Shown here in pieces: positions 9,877 to 19,696 of a DNA stretch of 64,000 nt. The stretch comes from a virus, in IMG/VR virus record IMGVR_UViG_3300007274_000026, positions 1 through 64,000 of that record; one strand, written 5' to 3'. The position numbers were made by a program, and so were the translations under genes. The notes under the pieces are model-generated. The model was not told the origin of the DNA, did no database searches, and saw nothing but the letters and a program-made list of their open reading frames with translations. Position 1 is the stretch's first letter; the number at the start of each line of letters is the position of its first letter.

Positions 9877-12800
9877 GACATACCGATTTTTGCGCGTTGG
9901 CTACGGCTGTTGCGCAGCGTCTGCATTGATCTTGTATATCCGCCTTCCATGCCACGTTTCGCCCCGTCATCAGCGGCGCGACGGGACATTGCCATGGCTT
10001 GTTCAGCGGTGACGTATTCAACGTTGTTGATGATCCGCGATTCAAATTTGATCGTGCTTGTACCACCGCCAGTGCTTCGGTTGTTACCGCCTCTATATCG
10101 ACTCATTGATGTGCGGGCATCTCCGCCGTCGCTAAGGCTATTGCTATCGCTATTGCTATTGCTGTATCGGCCCATGGGAGACCGATGGTCAATGATCGTC
10201 TCATCAGGATGGATCATTGCCATGTAGCCCCCTTGGCCATCAAGGCCACCAGAGCGAGGCGTATTGCCTGTATAGCCACCACCGGCAAACGACTTTGCAA
10301 GTGCTGGCACATTCAATTGTTTTGCGATGTTTTCAACGTCAGGAGCTTGCTTGTTCAGCCTGCCATTGGCTGGTGCATAGTCAATGACTGTCTTTTCAAT
10401 ACCAGAAGCTTCCTTGTTCAGGCTGACATTAGATCGCGCATAGTCAATAACTGTCTTTTTGCTATTAGGTTGTGCATAATCAATAACTATCTTTTCATTG
10501 TTTGGGGCTTGCTTGTTTGAGCTGATACTAGGGCGTGCATGGTCAACAGCTTTTTGTTTACTGTCAGATTGCGCATAGTCAATAACTGTCTTTTCAATGT
10601 TTGGAGCTTGCTTACTAAGGCTGCTATTAGATCGAGCATGGTCAATGACTGTCTCTTGTGGGTGGAGCATTGCCATGAAGCCACCTTCTCCATCAAGGCC
10701 ACCAACACGCGGCGCATCGCCGGTGTAACCACCGCCAGAAAATGTGGAAAACGGAGTATCAAAAATGCTGCCACCAGTAAACAGCTGAGGTGCGCTTTGA
10801 CCGTAACCACCACCTCCAGAAAATCCACCACCAGCACCAGCAGCGCCTGAAGCACCGCCACCAAAGATCCCAAGCACTTTCAGCACCATTGCTTTAGCGA
10901 TCATCTGGGTAGCCATATCAATAAATGCCTTGCCAATGTTCTTGAACATTTGACTGAAGGCTGCGGACGCCGTCTGAGTGCCATCAATAAGCCCTGAGAT
11001 TGCATTGCTCATTGCTGAGCCAATCTCGCTCTCAACCGTTTGAGCCAAACTTACAATCATCCCCCCGGTATCTTCCAGATCGGCCCTTAGCTTGTCCATG
11101 TACTGCTCAACTTTGCCTTTCTGCGGTTCGTTATCAATTCGAGCTTTGCGGTCTTTCCCTGATTGCTGAATTTCGCCCTTAAGCCCTTGAGCTGCTGCTA
11201 GCTGGCGCTCAAGCTCATCAGCTGTGACGCCAGCGGCATTAGCTAGCGCGATCTGGTTTTCCAGTCGCAAGATGTCAATATCAAGCCCCTCAGTCAGCTT
11301 GTTGACTTGCTGGTCGATAGACGCATATTGATTAGCCAAAGACGGCTCAATCCCGTCGGCCATGTATTGCTGCTTCAACGCCAGCAGTTCAGCTTCTTCC
11401 CTGCCTGACTTGACGAACTCTTTAGCAGCAGCCATAGAGGCTTCTGTAGAAGCCAGGACGGCCTCGCTTGACTGCAGCCGAGCTTTGTCAGCCGCTGCCG
11501 CAAGTAGCTGTTCCTGCTGGCCTGCAGCAGCAGTTTCAACAATCTGTTTCTCCAGATCAGCCTGATCAAACTTGATCTGAAGCAATTGCTTCTCCAGAGC
11601 ATCCTTTGTTTGTAAGAGCTGAATTTCACGCTCAAGCTGTTGGATCAGCTTTGCGCCTTCTGCTTGTTTGTCGGGGCCCTTGCTGCCACCGCCACCACCG
11701 CCACCACCGCCGCCGCTCCTACCACCACCTGTAGGGGCAGGAGGGGTTACTGAATCCAATAAAGCCTTGGCTTTTGCTTCAGCTTCTTTTATGTCGCTAA
11801 CAGTTGCAGGAGGATTTATTGCTCGACCAGATTTGGCATCATATCGAATTCCACTGACTTCGTAAGTTTCTGCATTTCCTTTTCCATCAAAAGTCCAGCC
11901 TTCTCGTTCAAGCTTGAGCTTGATGTAATAAGTTCCTTCCATGCTCTTTAAGTCAGCTTCCAGCTGCCTAATTTCTTTTTGCAATTGCACGGCTTGGCGA
12001 CCAGTGGCTTTAATCTCACCGCCCGTTCCCTGAAGCTTGTTTTTTGCCTCAACTAGCTCATTTTTAACACTTTCAATTGCTGTCCTAAATTCCTGTTGGC
12101 TTCCCTCGCCCTCGTTTACCAGCCTGTTGTATTGCTGTTGAGCCTTGACGTTTTCGTAAACGGCATATCCAACAGCAGCAACGCCAGCAGCAAGAGCTAG
12201 CCACGGAGCTACCGCCAGAACGCCAGCAGCAGCAATCTTTATCCCGATAAGTCCTGCTTTAATAACACCCAAGCCGCCAGCAAAGACCGTTGCCGCACCA
12301 CCTGCTGCCACAAAGGCGGCCTTGATTAAACCAAGCGTTGCGACTATTCCCGCAATTGATCCAGCCACTGCCACTAAGCCAGCCACCGCTAGAAGCGCCT
12401 GACGTACTGGTGCCGGTAATCCTGCAAATGCCTCAACAAGTGCCCTAGCCGCTTTTGCTGCTGCAAGTAGGACTGGCGCTATCTCTGTGAATATCTGTTC
12501 CTGTAGCCCCTTGATCTCATTGTTTAATCGTTGCGACAGATCTGCATAAGACCCTGATAGCTCCTTTACGGCTTGCGCTGTTGCGCCTGCAGAGTTTTTC
12601 TGTTTTTCAATCAGCTCTTCAAAACGCTCAAGATTGCCGAGCAGTGGAAAGATTGCCTGACCCGCTTCCGTTCCAAGTAACTTTGTTAAGTCAACTTTGT
12701 CGGTAACTTTTGTCAGCTTTTGAAGCGTTGCCAATAAGCCTTCTTGGGCAATAGTGTTTGCGTCAATTTGAATTTTGTATTTACTCAGAATGTCACTACC

Positions 12801-13712
12801 CTCTTTGGTTGGTGCCGCCAGCTTTGCTATCGCAGAGCGGATTGCCGTAATACCAATTTCTGCGTTTAGACCTTGCGCGGTAACAGAAGCAATCGCTGCA
12901 TTTACCTCCTCAAGGGGAACCTTCAAAGATGCCGCAAGTGGCGCCAATTTACCGATGTTGGCTGCATACTCTCCAACGACAATTTTGCCGTCGTTTTGCG
13001 TCTGCAAGAACATATCGGAAATCTTGGTTGCATCAGACGCGGCGATGCCATAAGCATTCATCACCGTGGTCAAGCCATCCACTGCCGTCGTGGTATCCGT
13101 GAAACCACCTTTAGCTAGATTGATCGACGCTCCCAGTGTTGACGAAACATTTTCTGCCCCGCTGACTCCAGCGGACAGCAGCTGATAAGCCGCCGCATTT
13201 GCTTCGGTCGCCGTGGTTAACCCGTCTGTTTCTTTAACGACTTGATTGATTGATTTCTGAAGCGCTGGATAGTCATTGCCTGCAAGGGTCCTAACTGCTC
13301 CCTGCTGCTCCTGTAAGGCGATGCCTGTTTGCGACAGGCCACTAATGACCCGCTGCACGGCAAAGCCAGCACCAATGCCACCAAGCGCGGTTGCTAGCTG
13401 TCCAGCAGCATTACCTGCTGTTTGGGTCTTTTTGGTGAACGCATCAAGCTGTCGATTGACGATCTTGAATTTTGCACTGTTTTTGTCCAGGCCATTAGCC
13501 ATCTCCTGGAGCTTCTTGATGTATTTCGCTTGAGCGTTTGCTGTGTTAGCGACCGTTCGCCCTTGCTCTTTCAGTTCCTGCTCAAACTTGTTAAGGCTGC
13601 CGGTGACATCATCGACCTCCTTGTCCAACTTGAGAAAACTCGCCGTTGCCTGCTGCAGGCCCCGAAGGACCTGCTGCACTTGCAATCCAAGGCTGACTGT
13701 ATATTCCGCCAT
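9873..13712 (-). CDS. Tail tape measure protein (TP901-type core)
   Basis: 1279 aa, Ala/Gly-rich helical protein, YQLLSAG...LTTVMNAYG...QTQNDGK core, hydrophobic segment; preceded by the chaperone genes. Confidence 0.9.
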   Translation of the reverse strand: MAEYTVSLGLQVQQVLRGLQQATASFLKLDKEVDDVTGSLNKFEQELKEQGRTVANTANAQAKYIKKLQEMANGLDKNSAKFKIVNRQLDAFTKKTQTAGNAAGQLATALGGIGAGFAVQRVISGLSQTGIALQEQQGAVRTLAGNDYPALQKSINQVVKETDGLTTATEANAAAYQLLSAGVSGAENVSSTLGASINLAKGGFTDTTTAVDGLTTVMNAYGIAASDATKISDMFLQTQNDGKIVVGEYAANIGKLAPLAASLKVPLEEVNAAIASVTAQGLNAEIGITAIRSAIAKLAAPTKEGSDILSKYKIQIDANTIAQEGLLATLQKLTKVTDKVDLTKLLGTEAGQAIFPLLGNLERFEELIEKQKNSAGATAQAVKELSGSYADLSQRLNNEIKGLQEQIFTEIAPVLLAAAKAARALVEAFAGLPAPVRQALLAVAGLVAVAGSIAGIVATLGLIKAAFVAAGGAATVFAGGLGVIKAGLIGIKIAAAGVLAVAPWLALAAGVAAVGYAVYENVKAQQQYNRLVNEGEGSQQEFRTAIESVKNELVEAKNKLQGTGGEIKATGRQAVQLQKEIRQLEADLKSMEGTYYIKLKLEREGWTFDGKGNAETYEVSGIRYDAKSGRAINPPATVSDIKEAEAKAKALLDSVTPPAPTGGGRSGGGGGGGGGGSKGPDKQAEGAKLIQQLEREIQLLQTKDALEKQLLQIKFDQADLEKQIVETAAAGQQEQLLAAAADKARLQSSEAVLASTEASMAAAKEFVKSGREEAELLALKQQYMADGIEPSLANQYASIDQQVNKLTEGLDIDILRLENQIALANAAGVTADELERQLAAAQGLKGEIQQSGKDRKARIDNEPQKGKVEQYMDKLRADLEDTGGMIVSLAQTVESEIGSAMSNAISGLIDGTQTASAAFSQMFKNIGKAFIDMATQMIAKAMVLKVLGIFGGGASGAAGAGGGFSGGGGYGQSAPQLFTGGSIFDTPFSTFSGGGYTGDAPRVGGLDGEGGFMAMLHPQETVIDHARSNSSLSKQAPNIEKTVIDYAQSDSKQKAVDHARPSISSNKQAPNNEKIVIDYAQPNSKKTVIDYARSNVSLNKEASGIEKTVIDYAPANGRLNKQAPDVENIAKQLNVPALAKSFAGGGYTGNTPRSGGLDGQGGYMAMIHPDETIIDHRSPMGRYSNSNSDSNSLSDGGDARTSMSRYRGGNNRSTGGGTSTIKFESRIINNVEYVTAEQAMAMSRRAADDGAKRGMEGGYTRSMQTLRNSRSQRAKIGMS

Positions 13713-13721
13713 GAGCCAAGG

Positions 13722-13931
13722 TTACCGACGGCGACGAGCGTCTTTTTTAGCTTTCTCCAAGGCCTTGTCTTCTTCCTCAGATCGGTATTGGTAGAAGGCT
13801 TGCCATAGATAAAGCTCTTCAAGCGTCATGGCTTCACGCAGCTCAGACAGGGTCTTCCCCAGCTTTTCGGCGATCACCATTTCAAGAACGGTTTGACCGT
13901 CTTCCTTCAGCTGCGGGATGAGCGCTTTGGG
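13722..13931 (-). CDS. -1 frameshift extension (gpGT) of the tail assembly chaperone
   Basis: Slippery heptamer C CCA AAG at 13925-13931; the -1 frame is open (ALIPQLKEDGQTVLEMVIAEKLGKTLSELREAMTLEELYLWQAFY...RRRR) to TAA at 13722. Confidence 0.8.
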   Translation of the reverse strand, partial: PKALIPQLKEDGQTVLEMVIAEKLGKTLSELREAMTLEELYLWQAFYQYRSEEEDKALEKAKKDARRRR

Positions 13932-14284
13932 CTGATGTCAGCGATTTTGCCGTCTTCATCAGGCTCCATCAGCGTGTCACGGAAGACTTCGCGAATCAGC
14001 TCACCGATCACGCTCTCAGGGAGCATGTTCTTTAGCTCGACAATGTCGGCCATGGTGAACAAGGGCATTCCGTTTTCGTCCTTGGCTTTCATCACCAAAA
14101 CATGAAGAGCCACAGTCAGAACGTTCTCTGAATCCTTACCTGCGCGAGCTGTTGCTCTGTCGCGCTCTGCCAGGGTGACAGGGCTCATGAACCACTCAAA
14201 GATTGAACCGTTCGGCATCTCAATAAAACGCCGTGTGGGCGCCATAGAGCAAGCTTTGGTGAGCTTTGATAGTCCTTCGGGCAT
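13907..14284 (-). CDS. Tail assembly chaperone (gpG-like)
   Basis: Lies between the major tail and tape measure genes; P.TLAERDRA and KAKDENG.PLF motifs; probable ATG at 14284. Confidence 0.75.
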   Translation of the reverse strand: MPEGLSKLTKACSMAPTRRFIEMPNGSIFEWFMSPVTLAERDRATARAGKDSENVLTVALHVLVMKAKDENGMPLFTMADIVELKNMLPESVIGELIREVFRDTLMEPDEDGKIADISPKRSSRS

Positions 14285-14328
14285 GAATGCAACGCGCTTC
14301 AAACCAATCCTAACTAATAAAGGCAAAT

Positions 14329-14352
14329 AAAAAACCCGGGCCGAAGCCCGGG
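14329..14352 (-). terminator. Intrinsic terminator after the major tail gene
   Basis: CCCGGGC-TTCG-GCCCGGG followed by TTTTTT on the minus strand. Confidence 0.85.
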
Positions 14353-14383
14353 CTCTCTCCCCTGCACCTAGGCTAGCTAGCCA

Positions 14384-15169
14384 TCAAAGGTCGTCATAGA
14401 ACAGATGAGTTGGCGGACCGGTGAGGTCAAAGGTGATCTCAGCCGTCAACACTTCCGTCGTGTTTGCCGTGACACTAAAGCCCGTCAAGGTAACGGGAGC
14501 CTCGATGTACATCGAGTTAGTGTCGTCAGGGCCCGTGTCATCAGCGGTGTAATTCAAATACAGCTTGATGCTCACGCCAGACTGATCTTCCAAAATAGTG
14601 TTGTAGATCAGGCGGTTTGAAATCGCCGCTTGGTCGGGCGTAAACAGCACGCTCATTGAACCGCTACCACTGGCAGGACCAGCAATAGATGTTGCAAAGT
14701 TGGCGTACTTAGATGCTTGAACTGTTGTTGAGCACGGGATCGTGGTTGTATCGATTGAGTCTCTGGAAAAATCCATCGACCAGTCGGTCACCAAACAGAC
14801 CACCAAATCCTCGGCAAAGCCGACATTGATGTGTGAGTCTGGGGTGTCATCATCATTTGTCCCGCCGTTGTCCTGAACAAAGGTGATTGGGGTTCCACCT
14901 ACACTGGCTGACACCGAAATGGTGGAAGCAGCTCGGGCGACGACGTAATAAGTCGTTCCCGCAGTCAAAGCCGTGTTTAGAACAGCGTTGTTTTCAGTAG
15001 TGAAAACAATTGGATCGCCAATACGGAAATCATGATCAGCAGGAACAACAACGTTGTTGCCATCTGGGAAATCCGTGTGATCAAGTAGGCAGTGCTTTAC
15101 GCCTGCTGGCTTGAACATGACGCGCCCACTGGATCCCGTGAGCGCACTCTGGGAGCACTGGACTGGCAC
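14384..15169 (-). CDS. Major tail (tube) protein with an inserted beta domain
   Basis: 261 aa; WSMDFSRDSIDTT and SGSGSMSV.F motifs; followed by a terminator and the chaperone gene. Confidence 0.75.
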   Translation of the reverse strand: MPVQCSQSALTGSSGRVMFKPAGVKHCLLDHTDFPDGNNVVVPADHDFRIGDPIVFTTENNAVLNTALTAGTTYYVVARAASTISVSASVGGTPITFVQDNGGTNDDDTPDSHINVGFAEDLVVCLVTDWSMDFSRDSIDTTTIPCSTTVQASKYANFATSIAGPASGSGSMSVLFTPDQAAISNRLIYNTILEDQSGVSIKLYLNYTADDTGPDDTNSMYIEAPVTLTGFSVTANTTEVLTAEITFDLTGPPTHLFYDDL

Positions 15170-15287
15170 TTAAAGCCTCTCTAGTTGGTTTACAGGAGAA
15201 GCGGTGAAACGTCGCTAGGTAGAGCGGGCCTAGGTCAGATTCAATTGCTTCTAGGGCGCCGCCCGTTAAAAACAGTTTGCGCAGTCG

Positions 15288-15881
15288 TCAAGAGCAGAGC
15301 GCAACAGGTTGATCCCAAGCCTGTAATTCGCAAGTTGTCGTCATCGTGAAAAACGACGTTTCAACTTCAGTGCCACCACTCCTTGGGCCATTTGGGCGCA
15401 ACAGCATGTAGCAAGGTCTGGGGTTGCTGGTTGGATCTGGCAGCATGCCCCATGCGTTCATGAATCGCCTCACAACATTGCTCGCTTGCAACGCCACCGC
15501 AGAACCTTGGTTCTTTGGCGTATAGATAAAGATGCTCATCACGCCTTCAACAAACGACGCTGAACCCGCATCACTGCAAGGGATGGCCTGGCGGCTGCTG
15601 CTCTTGCCCCAGCTGGCGACAACCCGCACAGCCCCATTAGGAGGGATCTCCCTCACGGTGTTCTGATACAGCAGGGGATAAGCCGGGCCGATCTCCTCCC
15701 AATCGTCAGCGTTGAAGTCATCAGCGGCAGCCACTGCATCGCACGCGAAATAGACAACACCGCTGTTCTGGACAAATGCGTGCTGGTCGTAGTCAGTTGC
15801 AGCCACCCATTCCGCAGGATCAAAAATCCGACCCCACAGAAGTTCGTAGTCCTGACGAATAGCGTTCGGATCAAAGCTCAT
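15288..15881 (-). CDS. Tail terminator-like protein with a CBM5/12-like insertion
   Basis: G...IFIYTPKNQG motif; position upstream of the tube gene; W...TDY....V...G.VY.A...W insertion. Confidence 0.55.
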   Translation of the reverse strand: MSFDPNAIRQDYELLWGRIFDPAEWVAATDYDQHAFVQNSGVVYFACDAVAAADDFNADDWEEIGPAYPLLYQNTVREIPPNGAVRVVASWGKSSSRQAIPCSDAGSASFVEGVMSIFIYTPKNQGSAVALQASNVVRRFMNAWGMLPDPTSNPRPCYMLLRPNGPRSGGTEVETSFFTMTTTCELQAWDQPVALCS

Positions 15882-16294
15882 TTAATACCTCTGCTCTTAA
15901 GGGCTTCATCTAAATACTTACCGCTTTCCCAGCGGTCGCCGATCACAGTGAACCAGTCTTCAGGGACTTGCTTGCTCCAACCTGAAGTGCACAAGCGGTT
16001 CGCGTAGGGCAAGGCGTTGTAAATGACTTGATCTTGCTTTGGGTCAACCTCGCCTTCCTGAAGGATTGGTGGCGCTGGTACTGACTGCCCTTCGGCGGGT
16101 TCTTCAGCAACAGCACTGCCTGGATTAGTTGTTCCCTGCAAATGAAACCAGCTGGCGCGAAAGCGCCCTGAATCAACTGGACTGCCGTTCTTTAGGTCTG
16201 CATCAAGCTGTGCTGTCGCCTCTTGGATCGACTCCTCAAAAGCCTCCTTAAGGGCTTGGGTCAGCTTTTTGATGTTGGTCTTTTTGCTTGGCAT
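15878..16294 (-). CDS. HK97 gp10-like neck protein
   Basis: SPVDSGRFRASW and IYNALPYA.RL...GWSKQ motifs; ATG at 16294 overlaps the upstream TGA. Confidence 0.75.
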   Translation of the reverse strand: MPSKKTNIKKLTQALKEAFEESIQEATAQLDADLKNGSPVDSGRFRASWFHLQGTTNPGSAVAEEPAEGQSVPAPPILQEGEVDPKQDQVIYNALPYANRLCTSGWSKQVPEDWFTVIGDRWESGKYLDEALKSRGIK

Positions 16295-16725
16295 CAGGGA
16301 GGTCCAAGGAAATTTGGCTGGGTCCCTCTGTCCTCGCATTTAAGAATCAGAAGGGCGACAGAGGCATAGCCGAACACCGAACCCGGGACGTACAACTGCG
16401 TGATCACCGCGGCCTCTTGGCCGGTGTTGTCGTCTCCTTCCATGGTGAGAGACTCCGGGTAGATGTTTGCGCGCACCTCGCGTTCGGTGCAACTGCATTC
16501 CCCTGTCTCCGGGTCATAAGCGTCTGGCGTCTTCAGGGTGAAGACTGCCGGCGTGCCGAACAAGTCCAGCAACGTCACCGGAAGCGGCATTAGGGGGCCG
16601 TTCAAGACGCCCATGCCTGTATCCACTCGCTCATTGCTCAGGATCACCAGCTTGCGACCCTGAAAGCTGACCGAGTCAACGATCCCACCATCAGAAGCGG
16701 TAAATGGCGCGGGAGCTGAAGCCAA
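16294..16725 (-). CDS. Head closure / head-tail joining protein (segment order looks permuted)
   Basis: LL..FG...YDPETG motif; position between the adaptor and gp10-like genes. Confidence 0.55.
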   Translation of the reverse strand: MASAPAPFTASDGGIVDSVSFQGRKLVILSNERVDTGMGVLNGPLMPLPVTLLDLFGTPAVFTLKTPDAYDPETGECSCTEREVRANIYPESLTMEGDDNTGQEAAVITQLYVPGSVFGYASVALLILKCEDRGTQPNFLGPP

Positions 16726-16801
16726 GACTGGTTAGCTAGAATTGGTTTGGCCAGCGAGCGCTAACTCCTGGCCGTGATCAGACGAGCCTTTAATTCCCCT
16801 G

Positions 16802-17332
16802 ATGCCAAGAATTTTAATCGACCTGACAGGTAGGACTTTCGGTCAGCTGATTGTTGAGGGCGAATCCCCGGGATCAGCACGCGGCCGCCGTTGGGTTTGC
16901 CGGTGCAGTTGTGGTGACCGCCGCCCGTACATCATGGGCAACCTGACGCATCACAGAAGCGTTCGCTGTCTTAATTGCTCGCGTGCTTCAACAGCAGCGA
17001 AGCTGCGCAATCACGAAAAGGGAGACAAGCTCTACCAGAAGTGGAAATCGATGAGGCAAAGATGCAGCAACCCGAACGACGACAAGTTCTACAGATACGG
17101 CGGGAGAGGCATCTCTGTGGCGCCTGAATGGGACGACTACACCGTCTATAGGGAATACATCCAAACCGTCCTTGGACCCCAGCCAGGGCCGCGCTACTCG
17201 CTGGACCGCATTAACAACGACGGCAATTACGAACCGGGCAATCTTCGATGGGCGGACGACTTCACCCAAGCCCGCAACAGGCGGCCTGGGTGGATCAAAC
17301 GCAAACGGAACTCCGCCGGCCAGTTCGCCTAG
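16802..17332 (+). CDS. HNH homing endonuclease
   Basis: DLTGRTFG.L.V, W.C.C.CG, W.SM.QRC, YGGRGI and SLDRINNDGNYEPGN.RWA motifs; antisense to the structural operon. Confidence 0.9.
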   Translation: MPRILIDLTGRTFGQLIVEGESPGSARGRRWVCRCSCGDRRPYIMGNLTHHRSVRCLNCSRASTAAKLRNHEKGDKLYQKWKSMRQRCSNPNDDKFYRYGGRGISVAPEWDDYTVYREYIQTVLGPQPGPRYSLDRINNDGNYEPGNLRWADDFTQARNRRPGWIKRKRNSAGQFA

Positions 17333-18057
17333 AAGCTCCCGCCGCCGTATCGGCGGTAGACCTGTCCGTTGCGAAGAGACAAGGTCCCATTGACCTGCCA
17401 AGGGAGCCGCCCGTTCGTCTGCGCCACGCTGCCGCGGCTCACGTGGCCTTGGCTAATGCCTGATTGCATTCCGCCATCGATCCACTTGGAAACGAGACTC
17501 TGCACGTAGGGAGACAGGGCGTCATAACCCCAAATGCTGGAGGACTTGAACTCCGCATCGGGTCGCATTTTTACCGTAATGGGACCCACCGTGGCTTCTG
17601 TGAATTGGTCCAATCCACCGCCGCCTCCGCCGCCGCCTCCACCGCCTTGGGAGTTGTTGCCCGTACCGCCGCCGCCACCAATAGACCCGAGGCTCCCTGT
17701 GTAGGCCTGTTCGGCGGCTAAAAAAGCACACGCCATCTGGATATCCAGGGGGATCGCACTGCAGCTCGCCATTTCGCAAGTGCAGTCGTTGACCTGCCGC
17801 GGCCATTCCAACGCTTGCTCACAGCTACAACGTTCGCCCTTCCAGTTCAGCGGCTCAAGAATTTGCGTAGCCAGGTTCAGGCTCTGCTCTCGTTGCGCAT
17901 CGGTGTAATCGTCTTCATTGAGCCATAGCGCAATCCCGTCTGATGCAGGCAGCGTTGCTAAAAGCTGCTTAGCAACATTCACGCACACGTAAGACGTTGA
18001 ATCGTCTTCGCTTACAGCGCAATTAAACTGAGTAATGACAATTGGAGTTCCTGTCAT
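17329..18057 (-). CDS. Head-tail adaptor (DnaT-like phage family)
   Basis: SYV.V..A, L..AT..LE.L.W.G, QALEWPR, IP.DI..A and VGPITV motifs; poly-Gly insert. Confidence 0.7.
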   Translation of the reverse strand: MTGTPIVITQFNCAVSEDDSTSYVCVNVAKQLLATLPASDGIALWLNEDDYTDAQREQSLNLATQILEPLNWKGERCSCEQALEWPRQVNDCTCEMASCSAIPLDIQMACAFLAAEQAYTGSLGSIGGGGGTGNNSQGGGGGGGGGGGLDQFTEATVGPITVKMRPDAEFKSSSIWGYDALSPYVQSLVSKWIDGGMQSGISQGHVSRGSVAQTNGRLPWQVNGTLSLRNGQVYRRYGGGSF

Positions 18058-18257
18058 TCTTTGACCCTTTTCTGAACAGGCTTACGGCGTTGTCTAGGGA
18101 GGCGGCGAGATGCAGGCGCGGGTTGCGGTGCCTTCTTTGGGCTAGGCACTACAAATTCAGGCGGCTCAAACTCGGGTTTCGTTGGCATCACAGGGGGTTC
18201 GTCCTTTTTGCCTTCCCAGCGCTTCGCGTAGTCGTTATTAAACGCGAAGAGCCCCAT
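18054..18257 (-). CDS. Small Pro/Lys-rich protein
   Basis: MGLFAF start typical of small head-region genes; ATGA overlap with the adaptor gene. Confidence 0.5.
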   Translation of the reverse strand: MGLFAFNNDYAKRWEGKKDEPPVMPTKPEFEPPEFVVPSPKKAPQPAPASRRLPRQRRKPVQKRVKE

Positions 18258-18324
18258 GATCTAGCTAGCAGTGCTTTGATTTTAGAGCCATCCATAAAAT
18301 GGCAATAACACTTGATTGCCAGCC

Positions 18325-18741
<417 letters not shown>

Positions 18742-18792
18742 TGAGGCTGTAACGGAGTTCTTTTACTTTGGGGCGGCTCAGCCCAGCTAGCC

Positions 18793-18963
18793 ATGGTCAC
18801 GACCCGAAAGACGTATCCAGCAAATTTGCAGCTGTGCTATCGGGGAGTGAAATACAGGCCAGCTGCGCTGCAGCTGCTGATTGAACGAGGTGGATGGGGC
18901 GCGGAGCATCGCCCCCGTCGTGATCAGGATTCTTCAGTTGTTGATTGGCGCGTGACTAGCTAA
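18793..18963 (+). CDS. DUF4278-like small protein
   Basis: 56 aa, MVTTRKTYPANLQLCYRGVKYRP...; L.YRGV.Y motif; below the ORF-track size cutoff. Confidence 0.55.
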   Translation: MVTTRKTYPANLQLCYRGVKYRPAALQLLIERGGWGAEHRPRRDQDSSVVDWRVTS

Positions 18964-19138
18964 GGCACCAGCGGCGAGCGGTGGTGGGGCTGATGCTGAG
19001 CCTTGAGGCAATGGACTTGTAGGTGTGGCCAGCCTTGCGCCAGCGCTTGGCGCGCTGCTGCGGCGATTCGGTGAGCCAAAGCAGCAGCAGGACAGGCAGG
19101 GTGATCAAGGCGAGCACCCAGACGGTGAAACAGGTCAT
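18956..19138 (-). CDS. Small membrane-anchored HTH protein
   Basis: Hydrophobic N-terminus, then G.TYKSIASRLSIS.TTARRW helix-turn-helix; AACCACCAC leader. Confidence 0.55.
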   Translation of the reverse strand: MTCFTVWVLALITLPVLLLLWLTESPQQRAKRWRKAGHTYKSIASRLSISPTTARRWCLS

Positions 19139-19257
19139 TTGATTGGAAAGGTTCGTGGTGGTTTGCCGGTGGAGGCGCAACGCCTTCGCTTCCGACCCCT
19201 GAAGTATAGCACCTCTCTAGCTAGTGTGGTATTGTTGTCACAACAGCAACCACCACC

Positions 19258-19476
19258 ATGGAACTCGCAACCATCACCGACCACATGACCGGGATCGTCT
19301 ACCCCGGCACCGAAGAGGCCAAGGAGCTGATCATCACCGGCAACCAAAACGATTTCTGCCGGGACATGGTCGCCCGCAGCATCGCTCGTGTCAGAAACCT
19401 GGCTCACGAGAACGGCATGGACCCATACGTTGAGCTGTACGAAAGCGTTATGGGCGCCATCGGGGCGGAGGGCTGA
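19258..19476 (+). CDS. Small early hypothetical protein
   Basis: Preceded by a CTAG..TGGTATTGT promoter motif and an AACCACCACC leader. Confidence 0.6.
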   Translation: MELATITDHMTGIVYPGTEEAKELIITGNQNDFCRDMVARSIARVRNLAHENGMDPYVELYESVMGAIGAEG

Positions 19477-19589
19477 ACGCCCCTTCCTCGTGCACCGATG
19501 CAGGAGGAGGAAACCGGAGGCTGCCAGCCCTAGCCACGGCTGGTTACAGGACGTAACTATTGAGAACCGAGCCAGAGTGTGACAGTGAC

Positions 19590-19696
19590 TTTTCCACAGG
19601 ATTTACGCTGTTATCCACAGGGGCTCGCCGTACCCCCAGTCGTTGCTGTGTAAATTCCACAGGCCAGCCTGGCTAGCACTGGTCTTATTCCACAGG
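19590..19696 (+). promoter_or_regulatory. Cluster of four co-oriented DnaA-box-like sites
   Basis: TTTTCCACA 19590, TTATCCACA 19611, AATTCCACA 19653, TATTCCACA 19686, each followed by GG, in a non-coding gap. Confidence 0.55.
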
